A DNA stretch of 63,678 nucleotides, the filler included, from Pirum gemmata (taxonomy: Eukaryota): NCBI GenBank assembly GCA_002812295.1. It is 24 parts of 24 records of this genome, joined end to end, with 100 filler letters (N's around TTAATTAATTAA, not from the genome) between each part and the next. Parts side by side here need not be neighbours in the genome. Positions count along the whole stretch, not along the records: positions 51,603 to 53,943 come from PDIN01006796.1; positions 54,044 to 56,366 come from PDIN01006797.1; positions 56,467 to 58,838 come from PDIN01006798.1; positions 58,939 to 61,241 come from PDIN01006799.1; positions 61,342 to 63,678 come from PDIN01006800.1; 19 more parts are not named here. The stretch is one strand, 5' to 3'. The notes under the pieces were generated by a model, which saw nothing but the letters and a program-made list of their open reading frames with translations, had not been told where the DNA came from and searched no databases. The position numbers and the translations under genes are program-made. Positions 52,069 through 63,678 of the stretch are shown one piece after another (position 1 is the first letter of the stretch; the number at the start of each line of letters is the position of its first letter).

Positions 52069-52722
52069 AAACTCGCGTCAACTGCCGATATCGATGTCGA
52101 TATATGCGGCACGAACACTACAATACTAATTATACAACACCAAATACTACGACATTAGCTACCCCCAAGCAAGGCACTCGAGCTCCTATAGCTAATGACA
52201 ATAAGCTTAAGTTAATACTGTATACGGATTCATCTATGGTTGACATACCAGGAGCAAAGATAACGTTACGTTACGTATAAACTAGCTATAGGATGCTGTA
52301 ACATAATATACAATATATATATTAATATGTATAGAGCAATGTATTAGATCGTGCAAGCAAGTGGTACTCTAGTTCTTGTTGACGATTTGCAAGTTGTTGC
52401 TGTCGCTTCTGGAGCCGCCGTCTTTGTATTGAGCGGAACTGATCACAAACAAACGCTTTGCCTTAATTTTAATTATCATGATAATTAAAATTAAGGCAAA
52501 GCGTTTGTTTGTGCTATTGGTTCCGGAGCTGACGTTGTTGGCACTGACGCATTAGTTTTCAAACCATTCTTTGCAGGTACCGTTTACGCTGGATCTGACA
52601 GCGTAACGTTAACCATTAATATTGTCAACGATCAAGTCACCCTCGATAACACCGTAGTCCGCACAACTGATGCGCAAACCATTGACGGTGATAAAACTTT
52701 AAATTTCACAAACATTAATTAA
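52069..52722 (+). pseudogene. Decayed phage/giant-virus tail-fibre-like gene
   Basis: Fragments KLASTADIDV (52069), IVQASG...DDLQ...GAAVFVLSGT, GKAFVCAIGSGADVVGTDALVFKPF and VVRTTDAQTIDGDKT (52348-52722, one frame with stops only inside an inserted palindrome). These match recalled viral fibre motifs; GC is higher than the flanks. Confidence 0.6.
52444..52513. repeat. Perfect 70-bp palindrome with no spacer
   Basis: CACAAACAAACGCTTTGCCTTAATTTTAATTATCA|TGATAATTAAAATTAAGGCAAAGCGTTTGTTTGTG. Confidence 0.98.
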
Positions 52723-53126
52723 TTGCTTCAAGCTAGTACTGGGGTGCAAATTAGGAGAAGCAAACGATTTATCCACCATTATCCATAATTCTATTACAAA
52801 TAATTTTTAAAAAAACATAACGTGATCTGATGATAGATAATAATTATGTAAACAATGCAACTGGTGCCATAACTAAGTGGCTAGTGATGGAGCCATTAGA
52901 CGAGGGTCTACGGTTTCCAATGTACCATTTCTGGTGTCGCTGATCCAACCCCTCCCCACATGGAATTTTAAATAATAATTATTTAAATTTTTTTTTTTTA
53001 TTAATACCCCCATTACAAAACATTTCATAAATGACGTCTTTATAAATGACCGACCTATCAGATGAACATTCTAAGCTATCAGATTGCAATCAAAGCCATT
53101 AATATAGAAAAAGAAGTGTTAACAAC

Positions 53127-53308
53127 TGACGTCATTCATTAATGTTCTTTAAAATTTTTCGAGCTATGTTTCGAGCAATAATAAAACAAATACCTTAATA
53201 TAGTAATAGTTATCATTTTTGGTAACTAAAGCCTTAAAATAGAAAATAAGTGTAGTTTTTTGTACTTTTATGACGTCATATAACTGAATTGGCCCGCCCC
53301 ATGCAAAC
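53127..53308 (+). promoter_or_regulatory. Putative RRP4 promoter motif cluster (2x CRE/ATF, inverted CCAAT, GC box, octamer-like)
   Basis: TGACGTCA at 53127 and 53271, ATTGG at 53288, GGCCCGCCCC at 53291 and ATGCAAAC at 53301, about 240-420 bp upstream of the ATG. Confidence 0.45.
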
Positions 53309-53545
53309 GAGCGAAACTTCAGGAGAGAAAAATTTATTAATTTTTTAAAATAGTTGGTTTATATTATAAATCAGACTAATTTTGTTATTTGTTATTTTTA
53401 TTTTGTTATTTGTTATTTTTGTTATTTGTTATTTGTTATTTGTTATTTGTTATTTGTTATTTTTTATTTTTTATTTATTATCTATTATCTATTATTTGTT
53501 ATTTGTTATTTATTATTTTTTATTTGTATTCACAAGCTTTTAACA

Positions 53546-53667
53546 ATGTCAATCACCGTGGACATTCGTCTCCCTGAAGAAAAAATTCCCATTTCTCTCC
53601 AGGCCTCGAAAGATGTTCATGTAGTTGTTCCTGCTGAAGTAATAACACACGATACCAATTTTATGCG
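53546..53667 (+). CDS. RRP4: RNA exosome subunit RRP4/EXOSC2, first exon
   Basis: MSITVDIRLP...HVVVPAEVITHDTNFMR resembles the RRP4 N-terminus (LVVPG..IT.D..FMRGHG); ends at a CG|GTACTA donor. Confidence 0.8.
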
Positions 53668-53681
53668 GTACTAAATTTTCC

Positions 53682-53760
<79 letters not shown>

Positions 53761-54273
53761 GTTATTATTATTATTGTTATTATTTTCTTTGTTGTTAGTT
53801 GATTGCTATATTTATTGTTATTGTCATTGTTTATGTTGATTTTATTGTTGTTACTGTTGCTTGCTGTTGTTGGTTACTGTATGTTAACCCTAACGTAAAC
53901 CCTACCCTAAACCCTAACCCTAACCCTAACCATAACCCTAACCNNNNNNNNNNNNNNNNNNNNNNNNNNNNNNNNNNNNNNNNNNNNTTAATTAATTAAN
54001 NNNNNNNNNNNNNNNNNNNNNNNNNNNNNNNNNNNNNNNNNNNTGCTTTTGCTTTTGCTTTTGCTTTTGCTTTTTGCTTTTGCTTTTGTTTTTGTTTTTG
54101 ATATGATAATAAGAGTCTAACTAACTACTTATTATTAGCTTTGTTGTTGATTTTGTTCTCTCTCTTATATTTTTTATCGTAGTTGTTAGCTAGCTAGCTA
54201 GCTAGCTAGTAGTATGATATCATAGCTAGCTAGCGCTGGCTAGTGGGTTATATGATATTATTATTATTATTAA

Positions 54274-54500
54274 CAGCCAAGTTGTAGAAATCATTTTTTT
54301 TTAGACTTCTTTTCTAAAAACCTTTAATGATAACTAGCCAAATTATTTTAAAAAACTGCCCATAGGTTCATAATAGAGTTTTCTTGGTCAGACTATTTCT
54401 CAAATTTTGGTAGTACTTTTATTAAAATTGGAGCATTTTGAGATTTTTTGGATTTTTGAGATTATTTGGCGGATGTTGCAATTTTTATCCGGCTTGGCTG
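54274..54500. mobile_element. MITE family C copy with TTAA on both sides
   Basis: TTAA|CAGCCAAG ... TTTTATCCGGCTTGGCTG|TTAA. Confidence 0.85.
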
Positions 54501-54896
54501 TTAAAAAAAAAAACCACACGCCTCTTACTTATTATGAATCTATGATACTCTAGCTAGCTACTACTAGCTAGAGGTAGTGATAGCTTCTGTATGCCTCCTT
54601 GCCCAAAACACTTTTGGTCATATTTTTAAAGTTCATTTTAATAATTAATTACTGCCTAAAGTAGTTTAAGTCACACTTTCAAGCAATGACTTCTATCAAA
54701 GAATAAGTGGCGTCCTTTATCTATCGATAGTCTCTAGCTATAGCTACAGTATCATAGCTACTACTACTAGAACTACTAGCTAGGTGTCTACTTAGATTCG
54801 AATTCGGAAAAAAATATTTACAAATAATAGTAATAATCCTATAGTAATAATAGTAAATAAATTTAAAAAAGCTTCGAGCGAATGAGACCTCGTGGC

Positions 54897-54988
<92 letters not shown>

Positions 54989-55459
54989 NCTAACCCTAAC
55001 CCTAACCCTAACCCTAACCCTAACCCTAACCCCAACCCTAACCCTAACCCTAAACCTAACCCTAACCCTAACCCTAACCCTAACCCTAACCCCTAGACCC
55101 TAACCCTATAAAGAACGATTATATAATTTTTTCAAATATATACTACCTATTTATAAACTATATTCTACCAAATTATATAAAATTAACAATAAAAAACGAG
55201 ATAAAAAACTATTTATAAAAAAAAACGATAAAAAGCTAAAAAACCTAACACGAGTGTCTTGCCTGCACCAGATAAAAATATTTATAATACATAATAAATA
55301 AAAATAAAAAAAAAATAAAATAAAATAAAAAAAAGGTAAAAAAATCTGTAAAAAAATAATAATAATAATAAAAAAACTTTAGAAATAAAACAAAAAATTT
55401 ATTTTCATTATCATTTACTATTTCTATTTTTTTAAAAAAAAAGTATTATATTGTTCATC

Positions 55460-56306
55460 ATGCCAGTTTCTGAGGTTAATAATAGTAACGATTCAGTACT
55501 TGATACTTTACTTTCTATGATTAATAGTAAAAATGAAGATTTACAAAAAAATAATAAAGCCCAAAACTATGCCGCAGCTGTTGATGGCGTAATAAACGCT
55601 GTTAATGAAAATGACAATAGTAATGATATTAGTAATAATATTAGTGATAATAATAATGTTACTAATGATAAAAACATTGAGAATAATGAAGAAAACTTAA
55701 CAACTGCTAATGTTACTGAAAATTTGAGTGAAAGCAATCAAAACGTAAGTAACAGTAGTGATATACAAACGAATGATGTGGTTGATCATGCTACTGATAG
55801 TAGTCAAGTACAAAATCAAAATGATAATAATACTAATGATAATGATAATAGCAATAATAACAACAATTTTAATGGTAATAGCAATAATGACAACAATGAT
55901 ACTGTTATTAGTGATAGTATTGATACTGATAATAGCAATGCTACTAATGATAAAACCATTGAGAATAATAAAGAAAACTTAACAACTGCTAATGTTACTA
56001 AAAAATTTAGTGAAAGCAATCAAAACGTAAGTGACAGTAGTGATAAAAAAATGAATAGTGTGGCTGTGGAAAAGACTGTGCTGGAAGAAAAGAAAATCGA
56101 AACCAAACAACAACAACAACAACAACAACTGAATAGTAATGATAACCAAAGTAATGATAATAATAATGATAATAGCAATAGTAACAATAACGATGACACA
56201 AGTATGGTTTTGGATGAGACTGAATCGGAAGAAAACAAACAACTACAACAACAACAACTCCCCATAGATGAACTGGACCCGAACTCTGAATATGCTAATG
56301 CCGATG
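55460..56306 (+). CDS. First exon of an unknown N/D-rich disordered protein with an internal 34-aa duplication
   Basis: Long open frame from ATG 55460. TNDKxIENNxENLTTANVT...SESNQNVS occurs twice (about 55661-55763 and 55943-56045). Probable G|GTGTGC donor. Confidence 0.65.
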
Positions 56307-57869
56307 GTGTGCTTTATTTAATTGTTTTTATCTAATATGTTTCTATAATAATAATAATAATAATAANNNNNNNNNNNNNNNNNNNNNNNNNNNNNNNNNN
56401 NNNNNNNNNNTTAATTAATTAANNNNNNNNNNNNNNNNNNNNNNNNNNNNNNNNNNNNNNNNNNNNCTTTTTGACTAGCTAGTCGCTACAGTAGCTAGCT
56501 AGCTAGTAGTAGCAACAGCTTTTTCAGTGCTTTTTCTCAAAAAAAAAAGTGTTGGTGTTCGTGTTGGTGGTGGTTTTGACACTATGTCACTTTGTTGTTA
56601 TTATTTGTAAAGGTTGTGGTACAATGTTGCTGTTGTTGTTGTTGTTAACCTTTTAAACCATTTGTTTCTATTATTTCTATTATTTCTATTGTTGTAGAGT
56701 CTTATAGCATGATAATTTTGAAATATTGTTGTTGTTGTTGTTGTTGTTATTGTCTATCTGATAATAAAGTCTTCAAAGTTTTATTACCACTAGTCTGTAA
56801 TACTCTGTATATAGATTAGGAATATATATTTATAATATTGTATATTATTATTAGATTTATAAATAATATCATAATGTATCGATAAGTAGACTTACGGAAG
56901 TTACGGACTACTTTTTAATTAATACTGTCATTTACCCCCACGGGCCCCACCCACTTTACTAACACTTTACCTGAACACTTTACTAACATTATTTTTTTGG
57001 TGCTATCATACTTTTACTATTTAGTAACTTTATTAGTCTACAATAAATAGACTATCTAGAATAGACTATGGTATTTTTTGCGCACAGTTTTTTTAGACTT
57101 TTTTTTTTTCGGGTCAAAAAAATGTTTTTTGTTTGTTTTTTTAACATGCCAGACAAAACAAAATCTTAAAATCTTCCAATTTTAATGAAAGTACTATCAA
57201 AACTTCAGTAATCGTCTAACTAAGAAAACTCTATTATAAACCAATGGCCAGTTTTTAATAATAATTTGGAAGGTTTTTAGAAAAGAAGTTTTCTAAAAAA
57301 AAAAGATTTCTGTAGTTTTATCTGAAAGTGGTGTTAAAAAAAAAATGAAACTTTTTCTAATTACGCCATTCATTTACTACATTCATTTACTGTTTATTAT
57401 TATTGCTTACTATTTCGGATTGTTAATTATGTTAATTACCATATAACAATGAGAGTTATTTCTCTAGAATTACAGGTTTGCTGATTTGTTTCATTTTCCT
57501 GATTAGTTATTCTGATGAATAAATTGATTTTATGATTAATTAATATTCAAGGGTTTGTTTTAGTTTTAAGTTTCTTAACAGTAAGTAGACTACCACCATA
57601 ATACATGATATGACGAGAATTAGTTATATACATGTTCGTTTTGCACATGTTCGTTTTGTACATTGTCATTTTCGTTTTGTACATGTTCGTTTTGTATATG
57701 TTCGTTTTGTACATGATAGTAAATAAGTTATTGTTTGATTTTCTTTCAAGTCATTACCCATTTTTCATTACTAAGTCTTTTATTATATTGGAATCATAAT
57801 TGATATAGTTCCTACCTGTAGACTGTAGACAAGCTAGCTAGTTATCATATCTAGCTAGCTAGTGTAGAG

Positions 57870-57944
<75 letters not shown>

Positions 57945-59146
57945 TGGTTGTTCTACTACTAGCTACTAGACTATCATACTAGCTAGCTAGACTAGTACCA
58001 GCTCTCTGTACCAGCTCTAGCTATGATAGGTATTGATATGATAGCAAGTGTTATAAAAGTAGCTCTGGTAGGTAACTACTAGGAGAGCTAGTTATCGATA
58101 GCACTAGCTAGCTAGAGTATCGATAGCATCGTGCTTTTTATTTATTTTGTCACTCTGAATATTTATTTGGAGGGTTATAATCTTTAAAACTGCCATTTTT
58201 AAATCAATATATAGATAATAAAATATATCAAATTAAATTAAATGGATTTATATCATATTAATTTGGTCCTATATATTGTATATTTTATGATGACAAAACA
58301 ACTGAAAAACACTATATCATAATTATTGTATGTGATAAATAGAGGAACTGAATAGAGGAGAACATTGACCAGCTAGCTAAAAAGCTGCGCAAATAGTGTG
58401 GACAATCTCTAGCTAGTTGCGCGCAAATAGTGTGGACAATCTCTAGCTAGTGGCTTCTAGCAATCTCTTCCCAAGTTCATCATCACATTGTATAATAAAT
58501 TAGTTCGGTTTCAAAACTTTAGCCTATTTTTGGTTTTATTATTTTATAGTTATTTTTCTTGATTCTTTTTCTTTTCTTGTGACTGTGATAGAAGTGTGAT
58601 AGTCTAGCTAGCTAGCTAGAGCTAGCCAGAGCTATCCTACTACTAGACTGGTCTAGCTAGCTCTAGCTATGTTGATGACAGGGTACTATGACGGTTAGTC
58701 TACTAAGAGTCTACAACTACTCTATAACTAATCTATCGTGCTTTTCATTTATTTTGTCACTCTGAATATTTATTTGGAGGGTTATAATATTTAAATAGAC
58801 AGATAGCTAGCTAGCTAGAGCTTAGTTAGGGATAGTATNNNNNNNNNNNNNNNNNNNNNNNNNNNNNNNNNNNNNNNNNNNNTTAATTAATTAANNNNNN
58901 NNNNNNNNNNNNNNNNNNNNNNNNNNNNNNNNNNNNNNTAATAATAATAATTAATAATAATAATAACATATATTAATAATAACAATATATAATCACAATA
59001 TTATAATATAATAATAATAACAGTAATAACAATAATAATAACAACAATAATAATAACAACAATAATAAAATAATAATAACAACAACACTAATAATAACAA
59101 AGTACAATAACAATAAGAATATAATAATAATATTAATAACAATATT

Positions 59147-59180
<34 letters not shown>

Positions 59181-59360
59181 TAATAACAACAATAATAATA
59201 TAACATAATAACTATATGCATGATAATATTATACATTAAAAACTATAATCAGCTACCTGATTTATTATCATAATCTATAATGTAATATATTAATACATAA
59301 TATATCATACATAGTTATATATAGACACTTTTCGCGGGATACATATAATAATTGAATTAA

Positions 59361-60594
59361 TTAATTAATAATGGGGTTTTCTTTTGCCTTACAATCGAAA
59401 ATTGGATAACAATCATTTACCCCCAATTTTATAATGCCATGTTCTGGAAAAGCTTGGTGTTCTTTATGATAAGCTATCTCATTTCGTCTTTTAATACCGT
59501 AAACTACACCAGCGACAACTCCAACCAATGCAACTGCACCACAGGCAGCTCCGATTGCAGGAATTAAAACACTATTGTTATTAACGTTATCGTTATTTGC
59601 GTTACTGTCTACCATCAATTCTTGTACATTTTTCTGGTCAACTTTAGTGGTAGTATTGATACTGATAGTACTGGTGCGTGTGGCCGTGGGTGTGGTCGTG
59701 GTAGTACTGATACTGGTAATACTAGTGTGTGTGGTCGTGTGTGTGGTCGTGGGTGTGGTCGTGGTAGAAGAGCTAATAAGTTGAGTCATTTTGTACAATT
59801 TCAGATAAATCAGTATTATCTATCATGTAAGTAGTGGTTTCCAAATTTAAATCATTAACTTTGTCTAATTTTTCTTTATCTTTCAAAACCTTGGTGCAAA
59901 TATTTTTAGTGCATTTATAACAAAAATATGCAGCAGTAGCTACGCAAAATAAGAAAACTTTGTTTTGAAGGTCAGTTTTACTTTTTAGGCTGTTTTCTCT
60001 TTGTTGTGGTACATCTACAACCGGCGATGATTCAACCATCCCTTGCTGTGCTGGCGCGGATGCCAATGGCTTATAAACTTTCGCCCATTTTTCTAAGCTG
60101 ATCATTTTCTCATGCACACGTTCTGGGGCAGGAAAATTATTTGCATTATCTTTTTTTAATGTATCTTTGTGTAAGACCATTCTTTTCTCCCAAATAAAAC
60201 TTACGCTTGGATCTAGCGATCCTGGTGTAGATGGTACATCGTAACAGTTTTCTATTTCAACTCTGGTCTCTCCTAGATAACACTCTGAACCACATTTGCT
60301 TTCACAATCTTTATCGTGAACAAGATTAAAAAAATTGTCACCTGGATGTTTAAAATCATGATCGTTTAGGAGGCCTCGATATGTGTGTTCTCTTAATTTG
60401 CATAACTGTCTAGTCTCCTTGTAACATTCATTTCCAACCAAATAATAATCGACGTGGTGTATTGTATATTTTAGAAGTTCAATATGCTCCATACCCAAAC
60501 CTGCAAGCCCACTTTCTTCGTAGACAAATTCATACTTTGACATGGCTAGTGCTGCTGTTAAGCGGCCTAAATTCTTTTTTATTTTTCCCAACAT
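59361..60594 (-). CDS. Unknown Cys-containing membrane protein split by a +1 frameshift (ORFs 60594-59773 and 59798-59361)
   Basis: Removing one T near 59778 fuses ...QNDST to ISSSTTTTP.... The downstream part has a Thr-rich stalk, the TM LIPAIGAACGAVALVGVVAGVVYGI and a KRR stop-transfer motif. Confidence 0.55.
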
Positions 60595-60966
60595 AATATT
60601 ACTGTTATATTATTAAATTTCAAAAATACAGAAGTAGATGTAGAAAATGATCAAAATTGTAAAAATAATATTCCAAAAATTATAAAATAAAAAAAATATT
60701 TATATTTTTTTTATTTGTTTGTTTGTTTAAAGTATCATAATTGCTTATTTATATATACATAATTATTCTATTTATAATATCTGAGGCCTCTGCTAACTAT
60801 AGGATTTGTTTGGCTTTTTTGCGTTTGGTATTTTTTTTTCTGGTTTTCGTACCAGGAGTAATTGAAATTTGAAATAGTATTGGAATGCCTTTTCAGAATT
60901 TGCAAAAATTTTTTAGTTTTTTTCTGTGAATTGTTAATTTGTTATAAAATACTGTTATTGTTATTG

Positions 60967-61201
60967 AGGAAGGGTGACACCCATCCAATATCTGAAATAT
61001 TTTCCGCTGCGGCTGCGGCTTACTATTTGTAGTAAAAAGTAAAGTTACTATTTTAAAACTCTTTTAAAAAAGCAAATTTTTTTACTATTTATGATTTACA
61101 ATTTACTTAATTGGGAAGCCGTAAATGGATGCGGGTTGCGGAATTAGTGCTAATTTAAGGGGTCGTTTACTTATAAAACTCTTACAGGTGTCACCCCTCC
61201 T
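60967..61201. mobile_element. 235-bp MITE-like element with a 15-bp TIR, inserted in a (TTATTG)n tract
   Basis: AGGAAGGGTGACACC ... GGTGTCACCCCTCCT (one mismatch). GTTATTG lies on both flanks, but the TSD length is ambiguous inside the repeat. Confidence 0.6.
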
Positions 61202-61361
61202 GTTATTGTTATTGTTATTGTTATTGTTATTGTTATTGTTANNNNNNNNNNNNNNNNNNNNNNNNNNNNNNNNNNNNNNNNNNNNTTAATTAATTAANNN
61301 NNNNNNNNNNNNNNNNNNNNNNNNNNNNNNNNNNNNNNNNNGTTGTTGTTGTTGCTACTAC

Positions 61362-61398
<37 letters not shown>

Positions 61399-61884
61399 TA
61401 TTATTATTATTATTGATTAAAACAAAATTGAATTAATTATTTATTTTAAATTATATTTATGGTTGTTATGGTTAATATTTGATGTTGTTATTATTGTGGT
61501 TGTAGTTGACAATAATATTATTACTAGTATTGTACTATTGCTACTGTTACAATTATAACAAAGATTCGCTGTTATCGTAGTTGTTATTGTTGAAATTACA
61601 GCTAATTAAGGTTTATTGTCGTTATGTTTGGATAGTGGTGGTGTTGGTGATGGTATGTGTATATGTTGAGATTTTGTGGGTTTAAATGTTTTGTAAGGTA
61701 TTTCTGAGAAGTATAATTAAGAAATAGAAATAAGAATAATAAATAATTATCATATACATTAAAATGGTTCTCTTTTTTTAATTATAGTGATTTTCCTTCC
61801 CTTTATACTTTTATACTTTTGTTTTATTTATGAACGCGCTTAATGAACAAACTTCTAGGAACAAACTTTTGTCTTTTTGTTTTT

Positions 61885-61926
<42 letters not shown>

Positions 61927-62719
61927 CTCTTTGTTTTTTTTTTTTTTATTTTTTAAAAATTAAAAATAATTGTTTTTTTTTTTTACGGGGAAAGACTATT
62001 TCTTTTTTTTTGTTTTTTCTTTGCCCTAGTTTCTTTGTCTTACAGTTTTTTTTTTTTCTTTTTTCGCCGGAAAAATACCAGAGATCGAGAAACGAGCTGA
62101 ATTTTTCAAACAAGAAACAAGTTTTTTATTACTTAGAGAGAACTCTTAGAGAAGTCTTAGAGACATTTGAGTATCATATATTGATACTTCTAGCTAGCTA
62201 GCTAGCTAGCTATGATAGTCTAGTAGTAGCAGTTAACCAGCTAGTTAACCTGACCTAGCTAGCTAGCTATATATGATAGTATCATAGAACTATCAGCTAG
62301 CTAGCTAGCTATGAGGTCATAGTTAGAGAGCTAGCTAGCTACTAGTTAGTAGCTACAGTAGCAACTAGCTAGTGTCTACAAGTATAGACAAATGGACAGA
62401 TCTCCCAAAGAACGGATTCGTCCTCAAAAAAAAAATTTAAAAAAAATTTTTTTACTAATAATAAATAATTAGTGGGCTCGGAAAAAAAAAAAATACCACC
62501 ACTCTTTTTTTTCTATTTTTTTTTTTTGGAATGATAGTCTAGTTAGAAAATATTTTTTTTTGCTAAATGAAAATATTGCATCGAATTATGTAAGAACCAA
62601 CTCACTTTCTTTGAACAATAAGTAAAAGTTCTGTTGAAAAGGTTTTGTAAAATATACATATACATAAACATATTATAATTATATTTGTAATAATGAATAA
62701 ATCATTCTTTTTATTAATC

Positions 62720-63628
62720 ATTATGCTCTGTATTTTTATGTGTGGTGAAACAATCCTTGTTCGAATGGTTACTACAAAGATGTTTCTTACAAAGTGAACA
62801 ATGGAACCTTATTGTTTCAGAATATTCTGCACCATTAATTCTTTTCTTCGAGGATTTCTTCATATTCAGTACCAACTCTGGTGTAACTTCAGTTGCAACA
62901 TTACTTCTAACAAAATTAGTTCTCTCTCTTGTGGTTATGTTATCATATGTATTAAAAATTAAATCTCTCGCTAGTTATTTCATAAATACTTTTTGAGTAG
63001 TATAGGTCCTTGAATCAACTGTTTTTGAATAAAGACAATAAGAATCTACAAAGATCATACCAAGAAGAGTCGAAGTTATTCTTTTTTTTTCAATCTTTAA
63101 CCTCAAGTTTATTTTCAATATTTAAAGTATCTTGTCTCCTACGATTATGTCAGTCAACTATATCATTGTAATTAAAATACTGACCTGCTAGTTACACTTG
63201 AGGTAAAGTTACTATTTTAACATCGCAACCAGCGGCGAAACCAGCACTAGAATTTACATATCGCTTTCTTTTGATAGGAATCCCTTCATCAGTTGTACCA
63301 TGTGAGCTTACAAAGTACTGTCTATTTCTATCAGCGTAAACAGTTGCGCTATAAGTAAATCCTTTCTCGGGGGTGTGCGTCATGCTCTTCCATGATCCTC
63401 TTCCTTCAAGTTCAACTTCAATGAGGAAACTGTATGGGAATTCTCGTGCAGCAGTTTTAATAGGGCCAGTATAGTAAAGCCCGAATTCTTCCAGCAAGGC
63501 TTTGCACCCAGGAAAGCTGGAAAAGAAAGAGTCACCATATTATACCGCTCTTTTACTATAAAACCATGGACATTCAAAACATCACCAAATTTCCACCCAA
63601 CCCCATGTGCATTACAATCGTAAGAAAG
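62720..63628 (-). mobile_element. Decayed piggyBac-like (DDE_Tnp_1_7/IS4-type) transposase, C-terminal half
   Basis: PWFYSKRAV/YGDSFFSS...GLYYTGPIKTAAREFP, YFNYNDIVD*HNRRRQ, LLGMIFVDSY and the C-terminal Cys-rich CSLCKKHLC...CFTTH; several stops and frameshifts. Confidence 0.85.
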
Positions 63629-63644
63629 TTGTTGTAGTTGTGGC

Positions 63645-63678
<34 letters not shown>

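Overview
This is not one contiguous locus. It is a concatenation of 24 short scaffolds (mostly about 2.3-2.4 kb) from a very AT-rich, intron-rich, microsatellite-rich eukaryote, joined by 23 artificial 100-bp spacers (N44-TTAATTAATTAA-N44). Neighbourhood across a spacer is therefore meaningless. The code is standard, introns are GT-AG, and telomere-type repeats are TTAGGG; the lineage cannot be fixed from this window. Recognisable genes or gene fragments: mitochondrial-type aconitase (3 exons), an intronless GBP/atlastin-like GTPase with an apparent signal peptide, USE1-like SNARE exons, claudin/PMP22-like exons, the MOCS2A/MoaD last exon, an anchored subtilisin, NEK-type kinase exons, a nucleolin/Nsr1-like exon and RRP4 exon 1. 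Mobile DNA: a decayed DIRS-like RT/RNase H element, a decayed piggyBac-like transposase, several MITE families and a decayed phage/giant-virus fibre-like gene. I found no single, clearly demonstrable new system. The most unusual signal is the pervasive self-complementary 'scar' DNA: (CTAG)n tracts, a perfect 70-bp palindrome built from local coding sequence, and an inverted telomere-repeat junction. Together these suggest an active fold-back or templated repair process. All protein identifications come from recalled motifs, not database searches.
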